Shown: positions 17,640 through 25,599 of the stretch, one piece after another | Numbering within the stretch: the stretch's first letter is position 1 | Layout of the letters: each line of letters opens with the position of its first letter | DNA from: a virus | Taxonomy: Duplodnaviria; Caudoviricetes | Strand: one strand, 5' to 3' | IMG/VR virus record: IMGVR_UViG_3300012942_000121 | Coordinates: 1-26,855 of that record | Length of the DNA stretch: 26,855 bases | Notes under the pieces: generated by a model | Told to the model about the DNA's origin: nothing | Database searches by the model: none | What the model saw: only the letters and a program-made list of their open reading frames with translations | Position numbers and translations under genes: made by a program

Positions 17640-18589
17640 TACTCGACCTCGGCGAGCGGATCGTCGTCGTCCTCGTCGTCATCTTCCGGTTCCGGCTCGG
17701 GTTCCGGCTTCTTCTTCGGCGTGGTCTTCTTCGACGCGGGCTTCGACGGCTCGGCCTTGGCGGCCGGCTTCTTCTTCGTGGTCGTCTTCGGTTGCTCGAC
17801 TTCCGGCTCGTCGTCCGATTCTTCTTCGTCGCCCGGCCCGACTTCATCCGGGTCGAACTCGCCTTCGTCGAGGATCACCTGCATCGGCGAGCCGATCCAG
17901 TTCTTCGCCGCCATGATCTTTTCTTGGATCACGTTCTTCGACTTGGCCGGGCGCACGACCTTGCCCTTCTCGTCGCGCTTCTCCTCGTACTCGCCGTCGA
18001 TGTAGATGGCGTCCCACATTTCCTTCGACGCCAAGTCCCACACGAACGCCTTCAGTTCGCTCACCGGCTCGGCGACCTTGATCTTCTTCACGGACACGTT
18101 GCCGTCGTCGTCCACCGTTTCCACGACAGCCGGGCCGATGGTGTAGCCGTCTTCGTTGCGCAGGTTCGCGTACACGACCTTCTCGCCGTCACGCTCCTTC
18201 TCGACGTGGTGAATGCGACCACGGTAGGCGTTGCCAAGAAGCTCGACGAAGTGCGATGCCTTGCCCTCGTAGTTCATCTTCTTGAACAGCTTGTTGATGT
18301 TGCCCTTCTCGTTGTTGGTCAGGGTCTCGGTGATCGTCATGCGCATCGGCTGACCGTCTTCGCTCGCCGGGTAGTTCTTGCCCGACAGTTCGAACACGAG
18401 TTGCACCTTCTCGCGATAACGCTCCTTGCCCTTGAACACTTCCTTCTGTTGGCCGATTTCGTAGTAGCCGACGAAGCGAAGGTTGACGGGGCCTGCGGCG
18501 GGCGGCGTGTAACCGCCACCGCCACCGGCGACCGTCTTCGTGAAGTCACGCGTTTGCTTCGCCTTCGCTGCCAGTGCTTTTACGTCCAT
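17639..18589 (-). CDS. Putative ssDNA-binding / replication protein (phiKMV gp21-like)
   Basis: 316 aa between DNA polymerase and exonuclease. Beta-rich core (RFVGYYEIGQQ...LVFEL) and a long charged tail ending DDDEDDDDPLAEVE. Function inferred from position and acidic tail. Confidence 0.65.
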   Translation of the reverse strand: MDVKALAAKAKQTRDFTKTVAGGGGGYTPPAAGPVNLRFVGYYEIGQQKEVFKGKERYREKVQLVFELSGKNYPASEDGQPMRMTITETLTNNEKGNINKLFKKMNYEGKASHFVELLGNAYRGRIHHVEKERDGEKVVYANLRNEDGYTIGPAVVETVDDDGNVSVKKIKVAEPVSELKAFVWDLASKEMWDAIYIDGEYEEKRDEKGKVVRPAKSKNVIQEKIMAAKNWIGSPMQVILDEGEFDPDEVGPGDEEESDDEPEVEQPKTTTKKKPAAKAEPSKPASKKTTPKKKPEPEPEPEDDDEDDDDPLAEVE

Positions 18590-18593
18590 GTAC

Positions 18594-18668
18594 TCAGTAT
18601 CCCTTAACGATAATCACAATTGCGATGATTGCTTCGACGACCATCAGGCCGATCTTCAGTTGATCCAA
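18594..18668 (-). CDS. Putative 24-aa hydrophobic peptide
   Basis: TTG at 18668 with GGAGG 12 nt upstream. MDQLKIGLMVVEAIIAIVIIVKGY fills the gap between DNA polymerase and the SSB-like gene. Confidence 0.45.
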   Translation of the reverse strand: MDQLKIGLMVVEAIIAIVIIVKGY

Positions 18669-21106
18669 GACGGTTGATGTCCTCCGATGAACCGCTTGCG
18701 CAGCCACGGACGCAACTTGTCGAGGGCCTTGTCGAACACCGGGTCGTCGATAGGGTTCTCGTCCATCATCGACGGCCCCCATACGGTATCGCTCGGCACG
18801 CCCAGCGGAAGCTCCCAGCGGAACCACCACTCGATGAACGTGCTCGCTTCTTCCATACAGGCGTGCAGCAGGGCCGCTGCCTTTGCCGCTACCTTCTTGT
18901 GGAAGTCACCGTACTCCGCGTCGTGAACCTGATTCACGAGCAGCGCGAGGCCGTCGAAGTTCTTGAAGAAGTAGAACGCTCGAACCGACAGCCACATCGC
19001 AGCCTTGGCCCACTCGCCGCCTTCTCCCTGCACCACGTAGTTCTTGATTTCCGTCGGGCTGAACGAACTCAGGATGCCCTTCTCGACGAGATACTTCGGT
19101 GAAGGGGATTCCCAATAGCAATACCGCTTGCCATCTGGCGTCGTGCTATAAGACTTGCCCAACTGCACCATGAGTCCGCGCACTTCGGGATGCTCGACAG
19201 TTCTTTTAGTCGGCTTTCGGTTGCGCTTGATGGTTGTCGTGAGTCGTTCATAGAACTCCTCGATCTTCGGATAACGCTCGTTCTCCGCGTCCACGAGTGC
19301 CTGCACTTCCTCCTCGCTCATGCCAGTCGATGCGGCAATCTTGGCGACGCCCGCACCGTAAGCGCGTTGGAACGAGAAGACCTTGGCCTTCGTGCGTTTG
19401 TAGTCCCACTCCTTGTGAACGTCGGGCGGGACGCTGCCGTCCTTGTTCTTGCACAGGCGCAGCACTTCCTCATACGGCATCTTCTCCTTCACGGAGAGCC
19501 GCATACAGTGCATGTCCACGCCCGCGATCAAGTCGGCGATGAGTTGCGTGTCGCCGGTCAGGATGGCTTGGATGAACACTTCCAGCGACGTGAAGTCCGA
19601 CTGGCAGATCACGCCGTCCTCGCCGAACCGCGAGCGGAACACGAGCTTCACGTCCGACTTCTGGCCTTTGCTCAGGTTCTGCAAGTTCGGGTTCGACGAC
19701 GACAGCCGGGCCGTCACAGTGCTCGTCATGTTGAGCATGTGATGGATGATGCTGTCCAACTGCACGAGCGTCAGCATTCCCTTCGACTCGCCGTCCTCGT
19801 CCGTCACGATGAAGTACGTGCCAAGGTCTTTCGTCATGGCCTGCACTTCACTCAGCGTCTTCAGGAACGGAATGTCCCGGTTGCCGAGTTCTTCGATGAC
19901 GTTCGCTGCCGTCGAATACACGCCCGGCTCGCTTGCTTCCCATCGCTTGTCAGGCTTCGTGAAGCCGTCGAAGTGGTACTCGAAGTCTTCGATCCGTGTC
20001 TTCGGGCCGCGCTCGATGTCGGGCACCTTGACCTTCTTAGTCTTCAGTTCGCCGACGTTCTTGCCGCCAGTGAATCGCAGCGGCTCGGGCTGATGATCCA
20101 AGCTCTGCCACTCGCGCAGAGGCATGGTCTTGTACGTGGCCTTGCCGTCCACGACTACCTTCTCGTGCTTCAGGTAGACGTGCTCCTCGTCCTTCTGGTA
20201 GTACACCGGCTCGCCATCGTCGCCGCGCACTACGGCCTTGGCCTTGTACTTCACCGGCCCGCCGAAGATGAGCGCGGACTTGTGGAACCGGCTCGACCAG
20301 TTGAACTCAAACGGAAGGTCTTTGGGCAGATACGCGGCAAGCTGCTCGACCGCCTCCTGCAACTTCTTCGACAGCTTGTCGGCCAGTTCGAGGCCGAGTT
20401 GCTTGTCCACGTACATACCGTTGCGCTCGGCTTCGATGGTGAACACGAGCGCGCCCATGTTCAACAGGATGCTGCGCAACTGACCGTTCTTCTTCGCCGC
20501 CGCGTACTGCTTCAGGAACACAAGCTCGGTGTTGCCGATGTCGCCGTGGTCATTGCCGTCGCCGACGAGGTATCGCAGCAGCAGGTCTTCGGGTATCTCG
20601 ATGGTCGGGATGCCCTGTTCCCACATTGCCTTCACTTCGTCGAGCTTCACATTGCCGCCGTACATCGGGGCAATCTCGTCGAGCGACAGCATGTGCGACG
20701 ATTGCTCCATGCCTTGCAGCAGGTACTCGGCAAGCTGGATGTCCCACACCACACCGCCGTTTACGATCCACTCCATCCACGCCGCGAGGTTCGCTTCGCA
20801 GTGCGAGTGTGGATTCGCCAGCGCGTACAGCAGGTCAAACTTGATGTTCTGCCCGACCAGTACCTTCGTTCCCTTCAGCAGCTTTTGGAACCAGTCTTTC
20901 GGTAGGTTCTTGCACGCTGCGATGCGTTCTTCGATGGTCTCGCCATCGCCGAAGTAGTCGCTCTGCGGCTTGCCCATCGTGTCCGCGCCGATCACGCCTC
21001 GGCTGTAGCCTTGGCAGACGACGTAGTTCTCGTCGGAGAACGGGTTAGCCTTGCGCTTGTACTCGGTCTTCGTGCTTGTTTCGATGTCCCATACGGTGTA
21101 CCTCAA
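18656..21106 (-). CDS. Family A DNA polymerase with 3'-5' exonuclease domain
   Basis: 816 aa with ExoI WDIET, ExoII GQNIKFD, TARLSSSNPNLQN, motif A SDFTSLE, motif B RTKAKVFSFQRAYG and motif C VHD. TTG start after AAGGAGGT. Confidence 0.97.
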   Translation of the reverse strand: MRYTVWDIETSTKTEYKRKANPFSDENYVVCQGYSRGVIGADTMGKPQSDYFGDGETIEERIAACKNLPKDWFQKLLKGTKVLVGQNIKFDLLYALANPHSHCEANLAAWMEWIVNGGVVWDIQLAEYLLQGMEQSSHMLSLDEIAPMYGGNVKLDEVKAMWEQGIPTIEIPEDLLLRYLVGDGNDHGDIGNTELVFLKQYAAAKKNGQLRSILLNMGALVFTIEAERNGMYVDKQLGLELADKLSKKLQEAVEQLAAYLPKDLPFEFNWSSRFHKSALIFGGPVKYKAKAVVRGDDGEPVYYQKDEEHVYLKHEKVVVDGKATYKTMPLREWQSLDHQPEPLRFTGGKNVGELKTKKVKVPDIERGPKTRIEDFEYHFDGFTKPDKRWEASEPGVYSTAANVIEELGNRDIPFLKTLSEVQAMTKDLGTYFIVTDEDGESKGMLTLVQLDSIIHHMLNMTSTVTARLSSSNPNLQNLSKGQKSDVKLVFRSRFGEDGVICQSDFTSLEVFIQAILTGDTQLIADLIAGVDMHCMRLSVKEKMPYEEVLRLCKNKDGSVPPDVHKEWDYKRTKAKVFSFQRAYGAGVAKIAASTGMSEEEVQALVDAENERYPKIEEFYERLTTTIKRNRKPTKRTVEHPEVRGLMVQLGKSYSTTPDGKRYCYWESPSPKYLVEKGILSSFSPTEIKNYVVQGEGGEWAKAAMWLSVRAFYFFKNFDGLALLVNQVHDAEYGDFHKKVAAKAAALLHACMEEASTFIEWWFRWELPLGVPSDTVWGPSMMDENPIDDPVFDKALDKLRPWLRKRFIGGHQPSWIN

Positions 21107-21289
21107 TCACACCTCCTTCGCCGGGACGCACACCGCCTTCTTCACCTGCAACGCCGGATCGTGAATGGACTCGACGGCCAGCTCCGCATTCCAGCAGGTC
21201 AGCTTGTCGTCGGTCTCGAACATCGCGGTCTGCGGCGTGCCGTGCAGCACAAGCCACACGATGAGCGTGAACGCTCCGGTCGGTCCCAT
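21107..21289 (-). CDS. Hypothetical protein with hydrophobic N-terminus and two Cys
   Basis: 60 aa MGPTGAFTLIVWLVLHG...TCW...AVCVPAKEV. TAATG coupling upstream; its stop abuts the polymerase start. Confidence 0.65.
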   Translation of the reverse strand: MGPTGAFTLIVWLVLHGTPQTAMFETDDKLTCWNAELAVESIHDPALQVKKAVCVPAKEV

Positions 21290-21474
21290 TACTGGCCGCC
21301 GAATCGGTTGTGCAGGAAGCGGTACACCTCGATTGCTTCTTCTTCGTCGAGGATCACGATGTCGGAGTCCCGGCCCGGATAGTCCGTTTCCAAGTTTTCC
21401 TGAACAAGCGTGATTAGCCCTTGCCCGTTGTCGCACACCTTCAGCGTGCGATTGATGTCCTTCGTGTATGCCAT
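21289..21474 (-). CDS. Hypothetical protein
   Basis: 61 aa MAYTKDINRTLKVCD...NRFGGQ. ATG a few nt after the helicase stop, GGAG SD. Confidence 0.65.
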   Translation of the reverse strand: MAYTKDINRTLKVCDNGQGLITLVQENLETDYPGRDSDIVILDEEEAIEVYRFLHNRFGGQ

Positions 21475-21478
21475 GTGG

Positions 21479-22753
21479 TCACTCGGGGTCTTTGAACAAA
21501 GAGCACGGAGCGTCGAACACGACTTCAGCACGCGGGTCTTGCGGCCCGCCGTCGCGACGCTTCTTGTTCTTCGGGAGTGAAATGAACCGGCTGTTCTGCA
21601 AGTCCGGGTTATTGCTGCGCCCGATCATGAGAACGAAGTCGGCTGCGCCTGCCTTGCCTGTGCGGCTGTTGGCAAGCATCGACAGCTTCGGGAATATTTC
21701 GCCCTCGGCGTCGCCATTGAGTTGTGAGGTTGCGATGACAGCGCAGTCGTACTTCACGGCCCAAATGCGGGCGCGTTGATACAACCATTCGAGCAACTGG
21801 TCCGTGCGCGTGCCACCGTTCGATGCGAGTCGGTCGGCCTGCACGTTGTCGAGCATGTCGATGACCACGATGGCCGGGTTCAAGTCCTTCACGATGTCTT
21901 CCAACTCGCCCATCGTGTAGTCGTGAACGTCCAGAATCTTGAACACGTCACGCCCGCCCTGTGCCTCGACGAACCGCCCGTACACCGTGCCTTCCTTGCT
22001 GTACTCGACGAGCTTCTTCGTCGGCACGCCAAGCGCGGCGTTGAACAGTCGATGCTTCAGGCGTTTGCCCGGACCCTCGTTGTTGAGCACGAGGATGTGT
22101 CGGTCTTGATCGGGGAACAACTGATCGACCTGCGGAGCCATGAACGTAAGCTCGCTCGCGAACCACGACGACTTGCCGGTATCGACGCGTGCGCCGACAA
22201 TGCCGAAGTCGCCGGTACGAAGTGGTCGCATCGAGCCGTTGAGGCACGACAGTCGCCAGTGGAAGCCGATGTCGTTCGCGTCGTCGTGCAGGATGTCCTC
22301 GATCCGATCCTTGACGAGCGGGTGTTGCTTCCGCTTCATCAGCCACGCTTCGTGGTCTTCGTTGATCTGCCGAATCGCTTTCGTCAGGTCGCCTTCGCCT
22401 TCGTCCCAATCCTCCAACGCACGTTGAAGCCGGGCCGCAGTCTTGACGGATGCCAGTCGCTCACGCAGACCGTCCGCGACACCGGGTTCCGGGTCTTGGG
22501 CAAGCTGCTTGATCTGTGCGACGTAGGTAGCCATGACTTCCGGCTTCAGCTTCGGATGGCGCATGGCGAAGTACGTCCTGAACGATGCAGGTTCGATCCG
22601 ATCAACGGCTTCGTTGGCGTCGAAGTACGCCTCGAAGTCCTTCAGGATCACGCGGGTCTTGTCGTCGATGCCCGCTTCAGGAACTGCGCTGTAGAACCGC
22701 TCGAACGCCTCACGCGTCTTCAGGACACGGAGAAGCGTTAAGTCCAATGACAC
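21479..22753 (-). CDS. DnaB-like (SF4) replicative helicase
   Basis: 424 aa with Walker A GARVDTGKSS, LNNE, Walker B VVIDMLD, TSQLN, ADFVLMIG and KNK. Confidence 0.93.
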   Translation of the reverse strand: MSLDLTLLRVLKTREAFERFYSAVPEAGIDDKTRVILKDFEAYFDANEAVDRIEPASFRTYFAMRHPKLKPEVMATYVAQIKQLAQDPEPGVADGLRERLASVKTAARLQRALEDWDEGEGDLTKAIRQINEDHEAWLMKRKQHPLVKDRIEDILHDDANDIGFHWRLSCLNGSMRPLRTGDFGIVGARVDTGKSSWFASELTFMAPQVDQLFPDQDRHILVLNNEGPGKRLKHRLFNAALGVPTKKLVEYSKEGTVYGRFVEAQGGRDVFKILDVHDYTMGELEDIVKDLNPAIVVIDMLDNVQADRLASNGGTRTDQLLEWLYQRARIWAVKYDCAVIATSQLNGDAEGEIFPKLSMLANSRTGKAGAADFVLMIGRSNNPDLQNSRFISLPKNKKRRDGGPQDPRAEVVFDAPCSLFKDPE

Positions 22754-23543
22754 TCGGTAATTGCCTCCGTGAATATTTCTTCGGGTCCATCGGTGTCTCG
22801 ATGCGCTCGGCGTCGATACCGCAGGACCGAAGCTGTTTCAGAATCCGACGCGATGCCTTGCGACCGGCTGCGTCGCCGTCGAGCCACACGCGCACCGGCC
22901 CGCCGCGCCGGATGATCCGGGCGAGAACTTGGTCGGTGAGATTGGTGCCCAGCAGGGACCACGCTTCGGTGAACTCGCCTACACGGAACGCGGACAACAC
23001 GTCCTCGGTAAGCACGAGCGGATCACCTCGCCCGTAACTAGCGACGAGGTGCTGCTTGTTCACGTCAGGGTTGATGTACTTGGGGCGCTCGGTCTTGCGG
23101 GTCCACCACGGATCGCGGGCCTGCCAGTACACGAGGTTGTCGCCCTCGGCGACGGGGAGAACTACGCGTGCTGACGGCTCGTGCCAGTACGCGCCCAGCC
23201 GGGCTATCTCCGGGATGCCGATGCCAGCCGAATACAGCCACACTGCGGCCTTGCCGGGCCACGATGCAACGTCGGTATTGATCGGCTCGGGCAAGGCCAC
23301 TGACGAGGCGATACGCTCGTCCTGCTCCTGCTCCGCACGGCGGCGGGCGATCCGCTCCGCGAGCGACGGCTGCGGCTTCGCCTTGAAGCCTTGGTCGTCA
23401 CACCGGAAGCAGAACGCCGACCATCCGCGCTCGCCGTTGCTGACGATGAGCGTCTTGCCGCCGCCGCAGTCGTGGTCAACCCGCCGCTTGCGTCCCTCGT
23501 CGGTCTCCTGCGCTGCCTTGAGCCACGAGCGAGGGTCGAGCAA
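22710..23543 (-). CDS. DNA primase (zinc-binding plus TOPRIM)
   Basis: 277 aa with HDCGGG...AFCFRC zinc site, WQAR, PKYIN, LTEDVLSA and WLDGDAAG. Confidence 0.92.
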   Translation of the reverse strand: MLDPRSWLKAAQETDEGRKRRVDHDCGGGKTLIVSNGERGWSAFCFRCDDQGFKAKPQPSLAERIARRRAEQEQDERIASSVALPEPINTDVASWPGKAAVWLYSAGIGIPEIARLGAYWHEPSARVVLPVAEGDNLVYWQARDPWWTRKTERPKYINPDVNKQHLVASYGRGDPLVLTEDVLSAFRVGEFTEAWSLLGTNLTDQVLARIIRRGGPVRVWLDGDAAGRKASRRILKQLRSCGIDAERIETPMDPKKYSRRQLPSVIGLNASPCPEDA

Positions 23544-23894
23544 TTACAGCGCGTCCGGGTTGATGTCCCACACGCGGACGACGCGGGCCTGCGCCGCGAT
23601 GCGCGATGCCTTCACGGTGCGAGTCGTCGGGTTGATGTAGCCTGCCTTGACGGCTGCACGCGGGAGCGCGCCCCATGCGTTCGGGTTCACCGGCTCGGGT
23701 GCGTAGTTCGCGAGGCGGAACTCGTCGATGGTGATGTCCTGCGCACCTTCAGCGTACTGGTCCGTGCAGAACTCCTTCAGCGCAGTGAGTGCCGTCGCCA
23801 GCCACTCGCTGCCTGCACGCTTGATCGCCTTCGCTTGACCTTCGGACTTCAGTTGCTCGCCGGTCTTCACCGGTTGATAGAACGCTTCCATCAT
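23544..23894 (-). CDS. Hypothetical protein, possibly winged-helix DNA-binding
   Basis: 116 aa. ITIDEFR...PNAWGALPRAAVKAGYI.PT...VRVW has a helix-helix-wing-like pattern. AAGGA SD. Confidence 0.65.
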   Translation of the reverse strand: MMEAFYQPVKTGEQLKSEGQAKAIKRAGSEWLATALTALKEFCTDQYAEGAQDITIDEFRLANYAPEPVNPNAWGALPRAAVKAGYINPTTRTVKASRIAAQARVVRVWDINPDAL

Positions 23895-24028
23895 TCGTCG
23901 AATCCTTCATCGTTGTCGAGCATGGCGAACCCAACGGTCAGGCCAACGCCGACGAGGTTGAACATCGTGTCAACGGGCGTCGTATCGGACTCGACGCCGA
24001 GGTCTTCGTACAGTTCGGTTTGGTTCAT
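23891..24028 (-). CDS. Small acidic hypothetical protein (45 aa, not in ORF track)
   Basis: MNQTELYEDLGVESDTTPVDTMFNLVGVGLTVGFAMLDNDEGFDE, with ATGA overlaps at both ends. Confidence 0.65.
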   Translation of the reverse strand: MNQTELYEDLGVESDTTPVDTMFNLVGVGLTVGFAMLDNDEGFDE

Positions 24029-24291
24029 TTCGTGGTGCCACCGATGCTGTTGGCTTCGGCTTCAGCCGCTTCGGCGACGAGCGCGGCGTGCTGCTCGTAC
24101 GCGTCGGCTTCAGCGACGGCATCGTTGGCGATTTGACGCGCCTTGTCGGCCAGCGCGGAAGCAACGGCGGCTTCTTCGCGGTAGACATCGACAGCAGCGC
24201 GGGTGACGCGGACTTGTGCCTTCAGTGCAGCAACGTGGATACGGACTGCGACTTCATGCACCTTCCGGGTAATGGAGAGAACAGTTTGCAT
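24025..24291 (-). CDS. Ala-rich helical hypothetical protein
   Basis: 88 aa from ATG 24291 with an AGGTG SD; coiled-coil-like composition. Confidence 0.7.
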   Translation of the reverse strand: MQTVLSITRKVHEVAVRIHVAALKAQVRVTRAAVDVYREEAAVASALADKARQIANDAVAEADAYEQHAALVAEAAEAEANSIGGTTK

Positions 24292-24390
24292 GGCTTTCAC
24301 CTATGTTTGAGTGCGCGCACAATGGCAACGCGTTTTGTGGTTCACGAATTTCGCTTTACACGCGCTCGTGTTGGCTGCGTGTGCTACTGG

Positions 24391-24603
24391 TTACTGCTGT
24401 TGCTGCTCGACTCGCGAGGCGATGTTCTGGATCGCAGCGAACAGGTTGCGATTCAGGATGCACGCCTGAACGAACTGCGCCCACGTCGCGAACCCTTGCT
24501 TGCGGGCGATGCGGTTCAATCGCCGGGACATACGCTTGCCGGGCCGATCACCGCCGACCGTGTTGAGGGTTCGAACTACGATGGGATTCTCGAAACGATT
24601 CAC
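24391..24603 (-). CDS. Basic hypothetical protein
   Basis: 70 aa, GTGA overlap with the HD gene stop, GGAG SD. Confidence 0.65.
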   Translation of the reverse strand: MNRFENPIVVRTLNTVGGDRPGKRMSRRLNRIARKQGFATWAQFVQACILNRNLFAAIQNIASRVEQQQQ

Positions 24604-25142
24604 GTCAACTCCAAGTAACGATTGATGAACAGGTCATACGCTTCGTCCGGGCCGACCGGAACGATGCTGTGCTCCAACGGGCTGAACTCGTTCGTCCACA
24701 CCCATGCGTCCGCGTCACGATCAAGCTCGGCGAATCTCGGGTACGGCATGATGTCTCGCTTCTCCGTGACGAGAAGCCGAAGGTCCGCGTCCTTAACGGA
24801 ATCTGCCGCACTACTGGACAGCCTGAACTTCAGGCGAATCGCATCCTCAACTCGACGCTCGATGTCGCGGTAGTCGGGCAGTAGCTGCTTCAGCGGACTC
24901 GACACGTCGCCGAGATACGCTTCGCTTGCGTCGTGCAGAAGACCTTCAAGTGCGAAGCGCTTCGGCACGACATGGGACACGAGGACACTGTGCTGCGCGA
25001 CGCTGTAGAACTGCGCCGTGTGTCCTGTGAATCGGCAGATACGCGACAACGCTCGTGCGATGTCCGTGATGTGGATGTCGCGCACGGACGGGTCGATAAA
25101 GTCGAAGTACCGACCGGAGGCGGTCAGGATGCAGGGGTTCAT
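24600..25142 (-). CDS. HD-domain phosphohydrolase (YfbR/YfdR-like 5'-deoxynucleotidase)
   Basis: 180 aa from ATG 25142 (ATGA overlap). Motifs DIARALSRICRFTGH, YSVAQHS, LLHDASEAYLGD..SPLK and VKDAD. Confidence 0.9.
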   Translation of the reverse strand: MNPCILTASGRYFDFIDPSVRDIHITDIARALSRICRFTGHTAQFYSVAQHSVLVSHVVPKRFALEGLLHDASEAYLGDVSSPLKQLLPDYRDIERRVEDAIRLKFRLSSSAADSVKDADLRLLVTEKRDIMPYPRFAELDRDADAWVWTNEFSPLEHSIVPVGPDEAYDLFINRYLELT

Positions 25143-25330
25143 GCGATGCGTACCGGCTCGTGCTCGACCTTCAGTTCGCGTGCGCGGTTCTCTGCGTGCC
25201 AGTAGCTTTCGAACGGGCCGGTCCATCCGCCAGTGCGTGCGTCGAAGACATGCCACGCGTCGCCTTTCAGTTGCACCGACAGCGGGTAAAGGTTGTCGGT
25301 CTCGGGAACTGCTTTGAAGTTTTGTCGCAT
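25139..25330 (-). CDS. Hypothetical protein, paralog of its upstream neighbour
   Basis: 63 aa from ATG 25330 (TAATG coupling, AAGGAG SD). Contains YPL....G..W..FDARTG...ARELK. Confidence 0.7.
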   Translation of the reverse strand: MRQNFKAVPETDNLYPLSVQLKGDAWHVFDARTGGWTGPFESYWHAENRARELKVEHEPVRIA

Positions 25331-25590
25331 TACCACTCCTTGCTGTTGCTTGTGAAAGAACCACGCCGACCGATGCGTTGGCCGACGAAGCGTCGCTTGA
25401 ACTCGCGTGCGTCTGCGTGCGCATCGCTCGCGTGCTCGTACTCCAACTCATGCACGTTCCCTGTGCGCGAGTCGAGAATGCGCCAGAACTCGCCGCGCAT
25501 ATGCGTGATGAGCGGGTACTCATCGCCGATGCTGTGTGCCTGAAGGCCACCAGTGTTTGCACCGTGACCCATGTACTGCACTGCCTGCAT
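25330..25590 (-). CDS. Hypothetical protein, paralog of its downstream neighbour
   Basis: 86 aa with AGGAGG SD. Contains YPL....G..W..LDSRTG...AREFK. Confidence 0.75.
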   Translation of the reverse strand: MQAVQYMGHGANTGGLQAHSIGDEYPLITHMRGEFWRILDSRTGNVHELEYEHASDAHADAREFKRRFVGQRIGRRGSFTSNSKEW

Positions 25591-25599
25591 GGTTGCCTC

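Noticed and set aside
27-20905. Long plus-strand ORFs (27-1748, 1807-2985, 3942-6239, 6513-7463, 12134-13456, 19190-20905 and others)
   Set aside because: They are in-register antisense shadows of real minus-strand genes in a high-GC3 genome, R/V/H/L-rich, with no motifs or SDs.
14566-25142. 2-aminoadenine (Z) genome pathway
   Set aside because: No PurZ or adenylosuccinate-synthetase-like ORF is in the window, the HD and MazG genes are not clustered, and restriction-site avoidance suggests unmodified DNA. It cannot be excluded outside the window.
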